DNA of 64,000 nucleotides, taken from NCBI GenBank assembly GCA_963662545.2, contig CAXXLL010000002.1, forward strand, positions 1,824,001-1,888,000, given 5' to 3'. Each line of letters opens with the position of its first letter. Position 1 is the first letter of the stretch. The notes beneath the pieces were generated by a model, which was not told the DNA's origin, ran no database searches, and saw nothing but the letters and a program-made list of their open reading frames with translations. The position numbers and the translations under genes were made by a program. This document shows positions 30,570-40,067 of this stretch, piece after piece. Source of the stretch: Gammaproteobacteria bacterium (lineage in GTDB: Bacteria; Pseudomonadota; Gammaproteobacteria; Ga0077536).

Positions 30570-31613
30570 ATGGCACGTTCGAGCTTTTTCGCCGAATCAA
30601 CCACTGCGAACCGTCCCGTCGACGAGGTTTTCGAACAGTCGAATGCATTGTTCGCACGGCTGAAACACCCGCGGCAAGAACCGGCTGATGGAGAACATGT
30701 CTGCGTCCATGCCAGTTTCGAAAGCGCCGAATACATCCGCGCCTTCTGGCCTCACCTACGACGTCTGATCGACGCGGATCCGCGTAAGCTCGGATTGAGC
30801 GTCGAGCAACCCGGCGGCCGCCTCGAAGTAGGTGAGATCCAACGATCGATATCGGACAGAGGTGCTTCTCTCGGCAACGAAACCGAAGTCCGGCTCATGA
30901 TGACGACCATTGCGCCGCTGACGATGATGAGCAGGATCCTGAATGAGGCAACCGACGGTTTTGCAGCGGACTTGTCATCGGGTCGCGGACGATGTCCGTT
31001 GGCGTTCGAGCTGGATCCCGAGCGTTTCGTGTCGCTGCGCACGCTTTTTCCGCGGAAGGATCGACAGGGTAAGGTCGGCGGTAACGCGCCGACCCTGGTG
31101 ATGGGAGGTACCGCGACGGCCGTGGCGATGTGCTGGAATTTACTACATCGCATGCCGCGCGCTTATTACGAATGTGAACAGATCGAACTCGATCGCGACA
31201 CGGCTGAGCAGATCTGGGCGCAGACGCGCGAACTGATCTTTCGGATAGGCGGCGGCAGCCTGGCCGCTTTCGTAGCCCTCGCGAGTGCCTGCTCCTCCAA
31301 TGCGGCGGCGCTAAAGTGGGACGGCGCCAAGGATCTTGGGCTCGCGACCTCGGCGGGGCGCTATGAATGGACCATGAATAGTGCCCTTCTCGGACGTTTT
31401 GATGAAATTCTGACGACGGTCAGGGAATCGCAGAAGGGTCATTACGTCGGCTGTGCGGCCCTGTTCGCACGTGCTGAACCGCTACCCTTGTCACCCGATT
31501 TTGCCGACGCCGTTTCCGACGACAGGGAGCCGACGGTTTTTTCTGAACTCATTCGATGGATCACTGCGGTCGCGCGTGCCGAATATTTTCCGCAATTCGA
31601 AAATCGCGGATGA
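30570..31613 (+). CDS. Hypothetical protein
   Basis: 347-codon ORF starting 11 bp after the CDGSH gene on the same strand; no family recognised. Confidence 0.6.
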   Translation: MARSSFFAESTTANRPVDEVFEQSNALFARLKHPRQEPADGEHVCVHASFESAEYIRAFWPHLRRLIDADPRKLGLSVEQPGGRLEVGEIQRSISDRGASLGNETEVRLMMTTIAPLTMMSRILNEATDGFAADLSSGRGRCPLAFELDPERFVSLRTLFPRKDRQGKVGGNAPTLVMGGTATAVAMCWNLLHRMPRAYYECEQIELDRDTAEQIWAQTRELIFRIGGGSLAAFVALASACSSNAAALKWDGAKDLGLATSAGRYEWTMNSALLGRFDEILTTVRESQKGHYVGCAALFARAEPLPLSPDFADAVSDDREPTVFSELIRWITAVARAEYFPQFENRG

Positions 31614-31744
31614 ACCGAGTGCTCGCCCACATAACGGAGTCGGTCAACAGGACACGCGTCATCCAGACGCTGTATGAAACATCGCTTGAAAAGAATCGGT
31701 GAAAACGAGAATTGCGGTTTGGGTCGACCGGTTCGGCTGGAACC

Positions 31745-32059
31745 CTATCGATAGGCGGAAACGGCCTTACGGCCCTTCACGATTCGTTTAATTTCGGACC
31801 TTGTGGCGTCGCGTGTTTCGATGGCTGCACTGCGTACCCGCTCGATGAGATGCTGCGCGCTTTTGAACTGCGTTTGCACGCTGTGAGCGTCAGCCCGTGG
31901 CGCTGCGCGGAGCAAAGTCGAAAATTCTCCTGCAAGCAATCTGACCGCATGCCAATCAGCGGACTCCATGGCCTGTTCGAGGGCCCCGGCTTTTTCGTCG
32001 ACACAGCGCGCCCACCCATCGAAAGAGTTCATTGCAGCCGGCGTGCCTTCAACCGACAA
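31745..32059 (-). CDS. FliT-like small helical flagellar protein
   Basis: Overlaps fliS 3' end, helical, ends KGRKAVSAY as in FliT-like proteins. Confidence 0.5.
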   Translation of the reverse strand: MSVEGTPAAMNSFDGWARCVDEKAGALEQAMESADWHAVRLLAGEFSTLLRAAPRADAHSVQTQFKSAQHLIERVRSAAIETRDATRSEIKRIVKGRKAVSAYR

Positions 32060-32507
32060 GTAGTTCCGTCGGGCCGATTTCGTTTTGTACCGGCGCCGCG
32101 CCTTGCCCCTCGACTTCTCCCTCGATGGCCTTCCAGGCGAGCCGTCCCTCGATCAGCAGCGCTTCGACTTCATTTAGCTTGCGCCGATCGCTATTGAGGT
32201 TGGCTTCGACCAGAGTACGGACCATGTATTCGTAGAGCCGGTCCAGGTTCGATGCGAGTTCGCCGCCCTTTTCCATGTTGAGGCTGGCTCGCAGTCCGTC
32301 GATGATCGATATCGCCCAGCTTATATTCGTGCCTTTAGCGGCAATTTCGTCTCTTTCCATAGCCAGTCGCGCCGCACGAATCTTGTCGATCGCACCATCG
32401 ATCAGCAGCAGGATCAGTCGATGGGGGGATGCCGTTTCAATGTCCGTTCTCAAGCCGAGCCGGGCGTACTCGTCGACTGCATTCAGAACGTTTTGCGATT
32501 GACCCAT
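32049..32507 (-). CDS. fliS: Flagellar export chaperone FliS
   Basis: ASPHRLILLLIDGAI, IIDGLRASLNMEKGGELASNLDRLYEYM. Confidence 0.93.
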   Translation of the reverse strand: MGQSQNVLNAVDEYARLGLRTDIETASPHRLILLLIDGAIDKIRAARLAMERDEIAAKGTNISWAISIIDGLRASLNMEKGGELASNLDRLYEYMVRTLVEANLNSDRRKLNEVEALLIEGRLAWKAIEGEVEGQGAAPVQNEIGPTELLVG

Positions 32508-32600
32508 GTTGTTTCCCTCTTCGTTCGTGTCCGATTCGCCGAATTCCCTTACGATTGATCGACAGGCCGTGAAATTTCTTCCCTCGTCATTTCTTTATCG

Positions 32601-33962
32601 TCATGAATTGTTAAACCTGAAGTTCGTCGTTGCAGCGATTTGCTCGAGCTGAACAGTCAGGAAGCTGCTCGTCGAATTCAGTTGCGCGATCAAGGTGTCA
32701 AGCGCAGTGAATTGAGCGACCAGGGTTGCTTCCTTTTGCGCTAGACGGAATTCGAGGTTGAGGCGTCGATCCTCGAGTTCCTTGATCTGTTGGTTGAGAC
32801 TCTCCTCGCGGCTGTCGAACAATCCACCCGACTCCAGTAGCGTGCCGGCCAGGGCCTCGAAGCGGACCGCGATCCCGCCGGGATCATTGGAGAAGAGGTC
32901 CGCGATCCCGTCGGGGTCGGTCGCGAGTGCGCTCTCAAGGACCGTTGAGTCCAGCGTCAACTGTCCGTCGAGTTGTGTCGACACCCCAAGCTCGAACAGA
33001 AATTGGAAGGCGCCCGATGCCGCCCCCGCGGTGTTGAGAATACCGCGAAACTGCGATTCTAAGCTCAGAAGCGAGGCACGATCGGTGCGGAGTACATCAC
33101 CCTTCAGCTCTTCGATGACGCTGATGATCTCGTTGTAGGTACCGATGAATTGGTTGACGGACCCCGTGATCTTGGCCGTATCCAAGTCGATGTCGAGCGT
33201 GGTCGTACCCGCGCTTTCGAGATTGAGCGTAATACCCTGGATGACGTCGCTGATCGTGTTCGTACCGCGCGTCACCGTAAAACTGTTTTCGATGGTCAAC
33301 ACGGCGTCCAGATCCGCACTGGTAAACGTGCCACTCCCGTCGCGGTCGGCATTGAGATCTTGCAGGCTGAACGGATCAATGCCGCTGTAGGCAACACTGA
33401 TGAACTCGGCGGACCCGGTGTCATCAGCCGACAGGGTCAGGTGATAGCCCGTATCGTCCTGCAGGGTGGACGCCGTAACGCCTGCATTGTCGCTGGCGCC
33501 GTTGACGGCATTGCGAATCTCATCGAGGCTCTTACCACCGATATCGACGACGAACGCAGTGCCGCCGACTGTTATTGTCATGGTATCGCCCGGGTTACCG
33601 ATGAGAGTCGTATCGGTATCGGCGAAGACGTTCGCGGCCGCCATGCGGTGATTTTCCGCGATACGGTTTACCTGCACGTTGAAAACACCCTTGGCCGCAC
33701 TGCTGTCCGCAGTCGCCGTCAGGACGTCCTCGTCGGATGAACCGACCGCGAAGAATTTGAATTGGTCCGGATCGCTCAGATTCTGCATCGCGCTCTGGAA
33801 AATCGAGACCGTGCTCTTGAGCTTACCGATGCCGCTCAACTGTGCCTGGAGCTCAATCTTGTCGACGCTGAGCTGCACCAGCGGCCGCCGTTCGATAGCA
33901 ATCAGCTGGTTGATGATACTCGTGATGTCAAGGCCGGAACCGATTCCCGGGCTGCTCAGCAT
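32601..33962 (-). CDS. fliD: Flagellar filament cap FliD
   Basis: SSPGIGSGLD..SII.QL, NTISDVIQGITLNL, L..QFTALDTLI.QLNS. Confidence 0.93.
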   Translation of the reverse strand: MLSSPGIGSGLDITSIINQLIAIERRPLVQLSVDKIELQAQLSGIGKLKSTVSIFQSAMQNLSDPDQFKFFAVGSSDEDVLTATADSSAAKGVFNVQVNRIAENHRMAAANVFADTDTTLIGNPGDTMTITVGGTAFVVDIGGKSLDEIRNAVNGASDNAGVTASTLQDDTGYHLTLSADDTGSAEFISVAYSGIDPFSLQDLNADRDGSGTFTSADLDAVLTIENSFTVTRGTNTISDVIQGITLNLESAGTTTLDIDLDTAKITGSVNQFIGTYNEIISVIEELKGDVLRTDRASLLSLESQFRGILNTAGAASGAFQFLFELGVSTQLDGQLTLDSTVLESALATDPDGIADLFSNDPGGIAVRFEALAGTLLESGGLFDSREESLNQQIKELEDRRLNLEFRLAQKEATLVAQFTALDTLIAQLNSTSSFLTVQLEQIAATTNFRFNNS

Positions 33963-34022
33963 GGCGATTCTCGCAGGTCAGAAAGCAAAACTAACGATTG
34001 GGCCTGCAATATCGGGGCCACT

Positions 34023-34415
34023 TCAGGCGGTTTCGACGACGAACAGGCCCGAGAGGTCTTCGAGACGTTGGGCGAGTGCGAGGACCTCCTTGGGTGGAAT
34101 CTGGCGGATCACCTCGTTGGTCTCCTTATCGACCACGGTAATCACTGTGCGCCCGCTGATTTCGTCCACAGTGAACTCGAGCGAACGCTGTACGGTTCTT
34201 ATGTTCTGTGAGATGTCTTTGAGCGCGGCCTGCAGCGCGTCGGAATCAACCTGCGGGATGGTGTTTGACGGTGCCGGAGACAACACGGCGACGGAGGCTG
34301 CAGGCGAATGTTTGGCCTCAATCGCCGCCAGCGCCGGCGTGCCGGCTGCGTGCCGCAATGATCCCACTTCACGCAGCGCCGCCTGGATCCTGTTGGCTGC
34401 GACCTGAGCGACCAT
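34023..34415 (-). CDS. flaG: FlaG family protein
   Basis: LEFTVDE.SGR.VITVVDKET.EVIRQIP..EVL. Confidence 0.9.
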   Translation of the reverse strand: MVAQVAANRIQAALREVGSLRHAAGTPALAAIEAKHSPAASVAVLSPAPSNTIPQVDSDALQAALKDISQNIRTVQRSLEFTVDEISGRTVITVVDKETNEVIRQIPPKEVLALAQRLEDLSGLFVVETA

Positions 34416-34438
34416 TACGCTACCTCTCGTTGGTAAGT

Positions 34439-34465
34439 GTGCCCGGACCGCATCGGTCCGGGCAC
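34439..34465 (-). terminator. 12-bp perfect stem hairpin downstream of flagellin (terminator or mRNA-stabilising)
   Basis: GTGCCCGGACCG-cat-CGGTCCGGGCAC between fliC stop and flaG start; only a weak U-tract on the minus strand. Confidence 0.6.
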
Positions 34466-34493
34466 TTTATTATGGGATGTTTGTCTTATTGGC

Positions 34494-35972
34494 CTACTGC
34501 AACAGCGCCAATACGGCCTGCGGTACGGCGTTGGCCTGCGAGACCATCGCTATACCTGCCTGCTGCAGTATTTGCGCGCGGATCAAGTTGGCCGATTCCA
34601 TGGCGAAATCCGCGTCCTGGATCCGTCCACGCGCGGCGGAGATGTTCTCCCGCACGTTTTCCAGGTTGCGCACGACCGCCTCGAAACGGTTCAGCTTGGC
34701 GCCGAGAATGGCGCGGTCACCGTTGATCGAATCGATGGCGCCCTGGAAGGACAACAGGGCCAAGTTGGCCGCCGTAGCGGTCAAGACCGTCTGCGCATTG
34801 ACTGGCGCGTCGGTGAGCGTGGTCGTCGCCGAGCTGACACCTGTAACCGCTAAGCCGGTGGCGGCTGCGTCGTAGGTGACCGTGTTGGTGCCCAGGTCGT
34901 CGTTAAGCACGATCAGGCCATTTGCCCCTGCATCGACCGAAGTCGTGCCGATCGCAAAGCCCGTGATGTCGTCGACGTTGGCATCGTTGAGGGTCACGGT
35001 GATGGCCGCGCCCGTGCTGTTCAGCAGCACCAGACGATTCTGGTTCGCCGCGGCGCCCGCATCGCGTACGGCCGTCACGCCATGCTGGCCCGTCAAGGCG
35101 TTGATGTTGGTGATGAGGTCGTCCATGGTCGTCAGCGCGCCATTGCCGTCGACGCTGATGCCATTGATGGTGAGGGCATTGCTGCCGACGGTCAGGCCGA
35201 CGGCGCCGGTTGCGTTGGCATCGGTGACGTCGGTGCTGGCCACGGCGGCATTGCCGTAGCTGAACGCCGTGACGCCGGTCGAGCCCGTCACGTTGTTGAT
35301 GGCGTCGATCTTGGTGATCGAATTGGAGCTGGCCGCCACGGCTGCCAGCACGATGCCGTTCAGCGCGTCGGCGGCACCGTCGAACACGCCATCGAAGGTG
35401 TTCCTGATGCGGTCGGCAAAGGTGGCGCCGAGACCGAGGGCATCGACCGCCGTGTATTCTGAAGCGACACCGAGTCCAGTCGGCGACAGGTTGCTGATCG
35501 CAATGTTAATGGTCTCGTTGACGTTCGTGCCGACCTGTATATCGGCGCTAAAGCCGCCGGTCAGGAGTTTCTCGCCGTTGTAACGGGTCTGGTTCACCAC
35601 CCGGCTCAATTCGTCGAGGATTTGGCTAACTTCCTGGTTCAGCGAAGTGCGGTCCGCACTGGTGTTATAGCTGGCAGCCTGCAGCGCCAGGTCATTGGCG
35701 CGGTTCAGCGCCTTGACCATTTCGTCCATCGAGCCTTCCGCCGTCTGCGCGACGGAAATACCGTCGTTGGCGTTGCGGATGGCCACGGACAGGCCGCTGA
35801 CCTGCACGCTCATGCGCGTTGCAATCGCGAGACCAGCGGCGTCGTCCTTGGCCGAATTAATGCGCAAACCGGACGACAGACGCTGAATCGACGTCGCCAG
35901 ATCGCTTTGCGTACGGTTCAGGTAACGCTGCGCCGTCATGGAAATGATGTTGGTATTAATCGTTTGAGGCAT
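34494..35972 (-). CDS. fliC: Flagellin
   Basis: INTN, QRLSSGLRINSAKDDAAGLAIA, RNANDGIS.AQTAEG, RA.LGA..NRF, RI.DADFA.E, ILQQAG..M..QAN..PQ.VL.LL; GGAGG before ATG 35972. Confidence 0.96.
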   Translation of the reverse strand: MPQTINTNIISMTAQRYLNRTQSDLATSIQRLSSGLRINSAKDDAAGLAIATRMSVQVSGLSVAIRNANDGISVAQTAEGSMDEMVKALNRANDLALQAASYNTSADRTSLNQEVSQILDELSRVVNQTRYNGEKLLTGGFSADIQVGTNVNETINIAISNLSPTGLGVASEYTAVDALGLGATFADRIRNTFDGVFDGAADALNGIVLAAVAASSNSITKIDAINNVTGSTGVTAFSYGNAAVASTDVTDANATGAVGLTVGSNALTINGISVDGNGALTTMDDLITNINALTGQHGVTAVRDAGAAANQNRLVLLNSTGAAITVTLNDANVDDITGFAIGTTSVDAGANGLIVLNDDLGTNTVTYDAAATGLAVTGVSSATTTLTDAPVNAQTVLTATAANLALLSFQGAIDSINGDRAILGAKLNRFEAVVRNLENVRENISAARGRIQDADFAMESANLIRAQILQQAGIAMVSQANAVPQAVLALLQ

Positions 35973-36072
35973 GAGTAGACCTCCTAATGAGGACACCCGC
36001 GTGTCGGCCGGCGTCGTGCAATATTGACGGATATATCCTATAAAATCGGATATTCACCGCCTCCGACGAGAA

Positions 36073-36100
36073 ATATCGGGAGTGGCGCGGTAAAACTTTA
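36073..36100 (-). promoter_or_regulatory. Probable sigma-28 (FliA) promoter of flagellin
   Basis: Minus strand TAAAGTTT-N12-CCCGATAT about 100 bp upstream of fliC; consensus TAAAGTTT-N11-GCCGATAA. Confidence 0.65.
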
Positions 36101-36206
36101 GGGGAATCGGCAAGGCTTGCCGGAACGCCGGCAAAAGGGTGCCGGCCAGCCCGCCTTCGGCCTGAGTCGGGTGCCGGCTCGGACGGCGTTGAACGCCTGC
36201 TCTATC

Positions 36207-36872
36207 TCAGGCCGCTTTCGCCGTCCATGTCGGCGTTTCTTCATCGATGACCGCCTTGAAACTCGGGCGTTCGAACATCGATGAGACGTAACTCGCGAGC
36301 CGCGGCCAACGCGCCGCATCGACGGCGATCCCGGCATGCTTCAGATTGACGTGGATCGAGACGACGGCAATGTCAGCGATGGTGAGGGCGTCACCGACGA
36401 AGAATTTCTTATCGGCGATTTCCTTTTCGAGATAGTTCCAGAAGACTGGAAATTCCTCGGCGACGACCTTTCGAACAGCGTCCCTGACCTCTTCACTGGG
36501 CGGTTTCTTGTCGAGCATAGGACTGACCACTAGGGGAAAAAAGACCTTGCCGCCCGCCACCGGCACGAATCCGGCGTCGATGAACTCTTCCAGCCATAGT
36601 GCTCGGATGTAAGCGTCGTCATCGGCTGGAATCAACGCGGGGGCAGGATTTTTGCGCTCGATATACTGGCAGATGCAGGTCGAATCGTTGATGATTTTGT
36701 CGCCGTCCAAAAACGCAGGGATCTTGCCCAGGGGACTGATCTCGCGCCATCCCTCGGGCGGGGAGAACGGGCTCACCTGCTCGTAATCGTATTCGATGCC
36801 TTTTTCCGCCAGAAATACACGCACTTTGCGGACGAAAGGCGATACGTTGCCGCCCATTAGTTTGTATGTCAT
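36207..36872 (-). CDS. Glutathione S-transferase family protein
   Basis: VSPFVRKVRVFLAEKG, SPLGKIPAF, DST.I..Y, GDALTIADI, RPSF. Confidence 0.9.
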   Translation of the reverse strand: MTYKLMGGNVSPFVRKVRVFLAEKGIEYDYEQVSPFSPPEGWREISPLGKIPAFLDGDKIINDSTCICQYIERKNPAPALIPADDDAYIRALWLEEFIDAGFVPVAGGKVFFPLVVSPMLDKKPPSEEVRDAVRKVVAEEFPVFWNYLEKEIADKKFFVGDALTIADIAVVSIHVNLKHAGIAVDAARWPRLASYVSSMFERPSFKAVIDEETPTWTAKAA

Positions 36873-36933
36873 AGCCCTTACTCCTTCAAAATACCGCGTC
36901 GCCGCGCGCGACACCGCTCAAATCTGTGAGGCT

Positions 36934-37722
36934 TTAGCGAGCACGCTTCAGTGTGTCGCGATCGAAATTCCGGTCTTTAAGCCCGGTCTGGAACTGGTAG
37001 TTCCCCCAGTTCAACTCGGTACTCTTCCCGGTCTGGTGGTTGATCATGTGCATGCGCCCGGGACGCCAATAGCGGCCGAGATACTGCTGGTAATCGCTCG
37101 ACGTGAGTGTTTTCAGCTCAGCGTTCTTGCGGTCGAAGAATTCGATCTGGAGTGGTTGGTACATCTCCTTGTCGAGCCAGACGATCTGCCGTACATAACC
37201 CGAATTCTCATAGACGGGATAGGCTTCGATGACGAAAACGGGGCGGCCGTCGAATTCATCGTCGCGCAGCCATTTGTACGTGTACTTTTCGATTTCCTGC
37301 GATGTCAAATCCTCGTATGCGAACTCGCTACCGACGAACGGCCCGGACTTGTTGGCCGACGCGATGCGTTTGACGCGTTTGAGTGCCGGCAGGTAGAGCC
37401 ATTGATCGTCGGGCTTTAGCGCATGGGTGTAACTCAGAAACGCGGTGCCCTTGATGTCTTTCGGGGAATTGAACACCGACAGGCTCTTGTCGCCGTCGCC
37501 ATCGACTTCGAGGGTGTTGATGCTGAGGCTGCGCCGGCTTTCCTCGCCTTGCTTGTTGCGCAGGATCATTTCCATTTCGGCTTTCGCGTCGATCCAGCCT
37601 AGATCGCGTTTATCGGCCTCGATCGCAATGGCCAGGCCTTTTTCTTCCGGCGTCTCCGCGCTGAGGCTAAGCGGCAGCAGTGCGATCAGTATCGCTGGCA
37701 ACCATCGAGACATCATCGTCAT
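36934..37722 (-). CDS. Outer-membrane lipoprotein-sorting (LolA-like) periplasmic protein
   Basis: Signal peptide; F.SP.DIKGTAFL, DDQWLYLPALKRVKRI, GPFVGSEFAYED. Confidence 0.85.
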   Translation of the reverse strand: MTMMSRWLPAILIALLPLSLSAETPEEKGLAIAIEADKRDLGWIDAKAEMEMILRNKQGEESRRSLSINTLEVDGDGDKSLSVFNSPKDIKGTAFLSYTHALKPDDQWLYLPALKRVKRIASANKSGPFVGSEFAYEDLTSQEIEKYTYKWLRDDEFDGRPVFVIEAYPVYENSGYVRQIVWLDKEMYQPLQIEFFDRKNAELKTLTSSDYQQYLGRYWRPGRMHMINHQTGKSTELNWGNYQFQTGLKDRNFDRDTLKRAR

Positions 37723-40009
37723 CTCCTTCGATTTTCATGAGTAAGGGAGGCAAAAGGAAAAAGGCTGTTAACAGTGCAAGGGATATCACGATAGCACTCA
37801 TCAAGCCCATCCCTGAATTGAGTTCGAAACTCGAGGTCGCGAGCACGAGAAACCCGGCAACCAGCACGACCGAGGTCACAAACAAGGCGTGGCCCACGGT
37901 GCGGAAAGCGTAGCGCACCGCGTCTGGCGGAGGCAGGCGTTTTTCCCTGCGCGCACGAAGATATTTCGAAAGAAAATGAACCGTGTCGTCGACCACGATG
38001 CCGAGCGTCATGCTCGTTACCACCGACAGCGCGAGGCCCACTTGTCCGACGAAGATTCCCCACAGCCCGAACCCCATGGCGGCCGGGACGAGGTTCGGTA
38101 TCAGGCTGAGGAACCCCAGCTTCACCGACCGCAGTGCGAGGATGAGGATCATCGAGATCAACGCCAGCGCTACGGTCGTACCGATGAGCATCGCAGCAAT
38201 ATTGCGCTTGCCGATATTAGAGAACATCAGGTTCATGCCCGCGCTCTGGGCGAACTCGACCGCGGACGCATTCTCGTTCACCCACGCGAGCGCTCGCGCG
38301 TTGAAAGCGATCTGCTCGTTGCTCGAAATGAGCTTCAAAATCACCGACACCCGGGTCGAGGATTTGTCGACGTTGATCTGGTTGTTGAGATCGAGCCCGT
38401 AAGGCAGCGACATTTCGTAGAGCAGCAGATACTGCGCGGCCAATTCGCGATCGCCCGGCAACCGGTAGAAACTCTCGTCGTCCGCATGCATGTTCTTGTT
38501 CAGGCGCTTCATGACGTTGGTGAAGCGGTCGACGTGGACGATTTCGGGCTGCGACTCGAGCCACTGCGCAAACCGTTCGACGTCGCGCTGGAACTCGGGG
38601 TCGCTGATGCCGCCTGATTCGCGCGATTCGAGCGAATAATGGATGGTGTAGAGCCCGGTCAGGTTGTCGAGCACGAAATCGGTGTCTGTTCGAAAGACAA
38701 TGGATTTCCCGAAGTAATGTACGAATACATCGTTGAGTTCGTTGCGCGGCACGTTGACGACCAAGATGACGATGACCGCGGTCATACTCCACAGCAGCGG
38801 CTTGCGGCGTGTAATCACGAATTCAGCGAGGCGCTCCATCGCCGATGTATCACGCTCGGCCCGTTTCGGCGCCCGTACCGGTAACAGTGTCATGACCGAG
38901 GGTAGAAACGTGACGGCCAGCACAAAGGAAACGAGAACGCCGGATGCCACGATGTTGCCGAGTTGACCGAAGGGCGGCACCTCCGAAAAATTGAGGGTAA
39001 GGAATCCGATTGCGGTGGTAATGCTCGCGAGAAACACCGGGTGCAGATTGACCCTCAAGCTCTCCTCCATGGCCGCGATCCGGCTTTCGCCGTGGCGCAG
39101 CCCGTAGAAGAATGTCACCAACAAATGCACGCAATTCGCCATCGACACCGTCAGGATGATGATTGGCGCCGACGATGTTGGGGAAGTCAAAGGGTAGCCT
39201 AGATGTCCGCCGATCCCCATCGCCGCGGTAATCGAAAATCCGATCACCATCAAGGTAACGAACGTACCGAAGAAACCACCGACAAGCACGGCCAATATGA
39301 GCAACATCAAGCCGAAACTGATCGGGATCAACGACGACATGTCGTCCATTGCCGACTCGAAAAAGGTATTGTTCATCACCACCGTGCCGGTGAGATAAAC
39401 ATCGATATCCGGATGCCGTTGCTGGAAATCCGCCACCATGTTACGGATGAATTCGACGACTTCAGGCGAAGCCTCGTTGAGTACTTCGACCGGAAACTGG
39501 GTCGTCACGTTGATCGCCGTGACGTGCCCCCGATCCGAAATCAAACGGCCGTACAGCGCGGGTTCGGCAAAGACCCGTTGCCGCACCCGATCGACTCCTT
39601 CGTCAGACAGGGACAGCGCGTCCTTCACCATGTCGCGCACGATGAGGTCGTCCTCGACGGCCTCGGTGTACTGGAAGTTCGTGATCGAGTCGACGCGGTT
39701 GGAATACGGGACCTGCCAGGCGGATTTCGTCAGCTCTTCGACGGCGGCGAGCGTCTCGCGGCTGAAGACCTGTCCGTCCCCAGGCGCAATCACGATCATT
39801 ACGTTGTCGTTCTTGGTGTAGGTGTTCTCAAGCGCCTCGAAGGCGAGCAACTCCGGGTTGTCCCGGCTGAAGAACACGCGGTAACTTGAATCGAAGTAGA
39901 GCTTCGTGACGCCGTGGCTGCCGGCGAGGATCCCGATCAGCGCCAGCACGATCACCAGCCCCCGGTGCGACAGGATCCATTTCGCGAAAGAAGCTTCTAA
40001 GGCGCCCAT
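37667..40009 (-). CDS. MMPL/RND family transporter
   Basis: Two TM-periplasmic-5TM repeats; SITTAIGFL, PNL.P, GIVVDDTVHF. Confidence 0.88.
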   Translation of the reverse strand: MGALEASFAKWILSHRGLVIVLALIGILAGSHGVTKLYFDSSYRVFFSRDNPELLAFEALENTYTKNDNVMIVIAPGDGQVFSRETLAAVEELTKSAWQVPYSNRVDSITNFQYTEAVEDDLIVRDMVKDALSLSDEGVDRVRQRVFAEPALYGRLISDRGHVTAINVTTQFPVEVLNEASPEVVEFIRNMVADFQQRHPDIDVYLTGTVVMNNTFFESAMDDMSSLIPISFGLMLLILAVLVGGFFGTFVTLMVIGFSITAAMGIGGHLGYPLTSPTSSAPIIILTVSMANCVHLLVTFFYGLRHGESRIAAMEESLRVNLHPVFLASITTAIGFLTLNFSEVPPFGQLGNIVASGVLVSFVLAVTFLPSVMTLLPVRAPKRAERDTSAMERLAEFVITRRKPLLWSMTAVIVILVVNVPRNELNDVFVHYFGKSIVFRTDTDFVLDNLTGLYTIHYSLESRESGGISDPEFQRDVERFAQWLESQPEIVHVDRFTNVMKRLNKNMHADDESFYRLPGDRELAAQYLLLYEMSLPYGLDLNNQINVDKSSTRVSVILKLISSNEQIAFNARALAWVNENASAVEFAQSAGMNLMFSNIGKRNIAAMLIGTTVALALISMILILALRSVKLGFLSLIPNLVPAAMGFGLWGIFVGQVGLALSVVTSMTLGIVVDDTVHFLSKYLRARREKRLPPPDAVRYAFRTVGHALFVTSVVLVAGFLVLATSSFELNSGMGLMSAIVISLALLTAFFLLPPLLMKIEGDDDDVSMVASDTDRTAAA

Positions 40010-40067
40010 GTTTTCCGGTTCAAAATCAGAATATCGCCAACCGGGTGCTGAATAATCGCCGCAATAT

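Noticed and set aside
32590-32625. Possible sigma-28 promoter before fliS (GACGATAA)
   Set aside because: -35 match and spacing are too weak to support by eye
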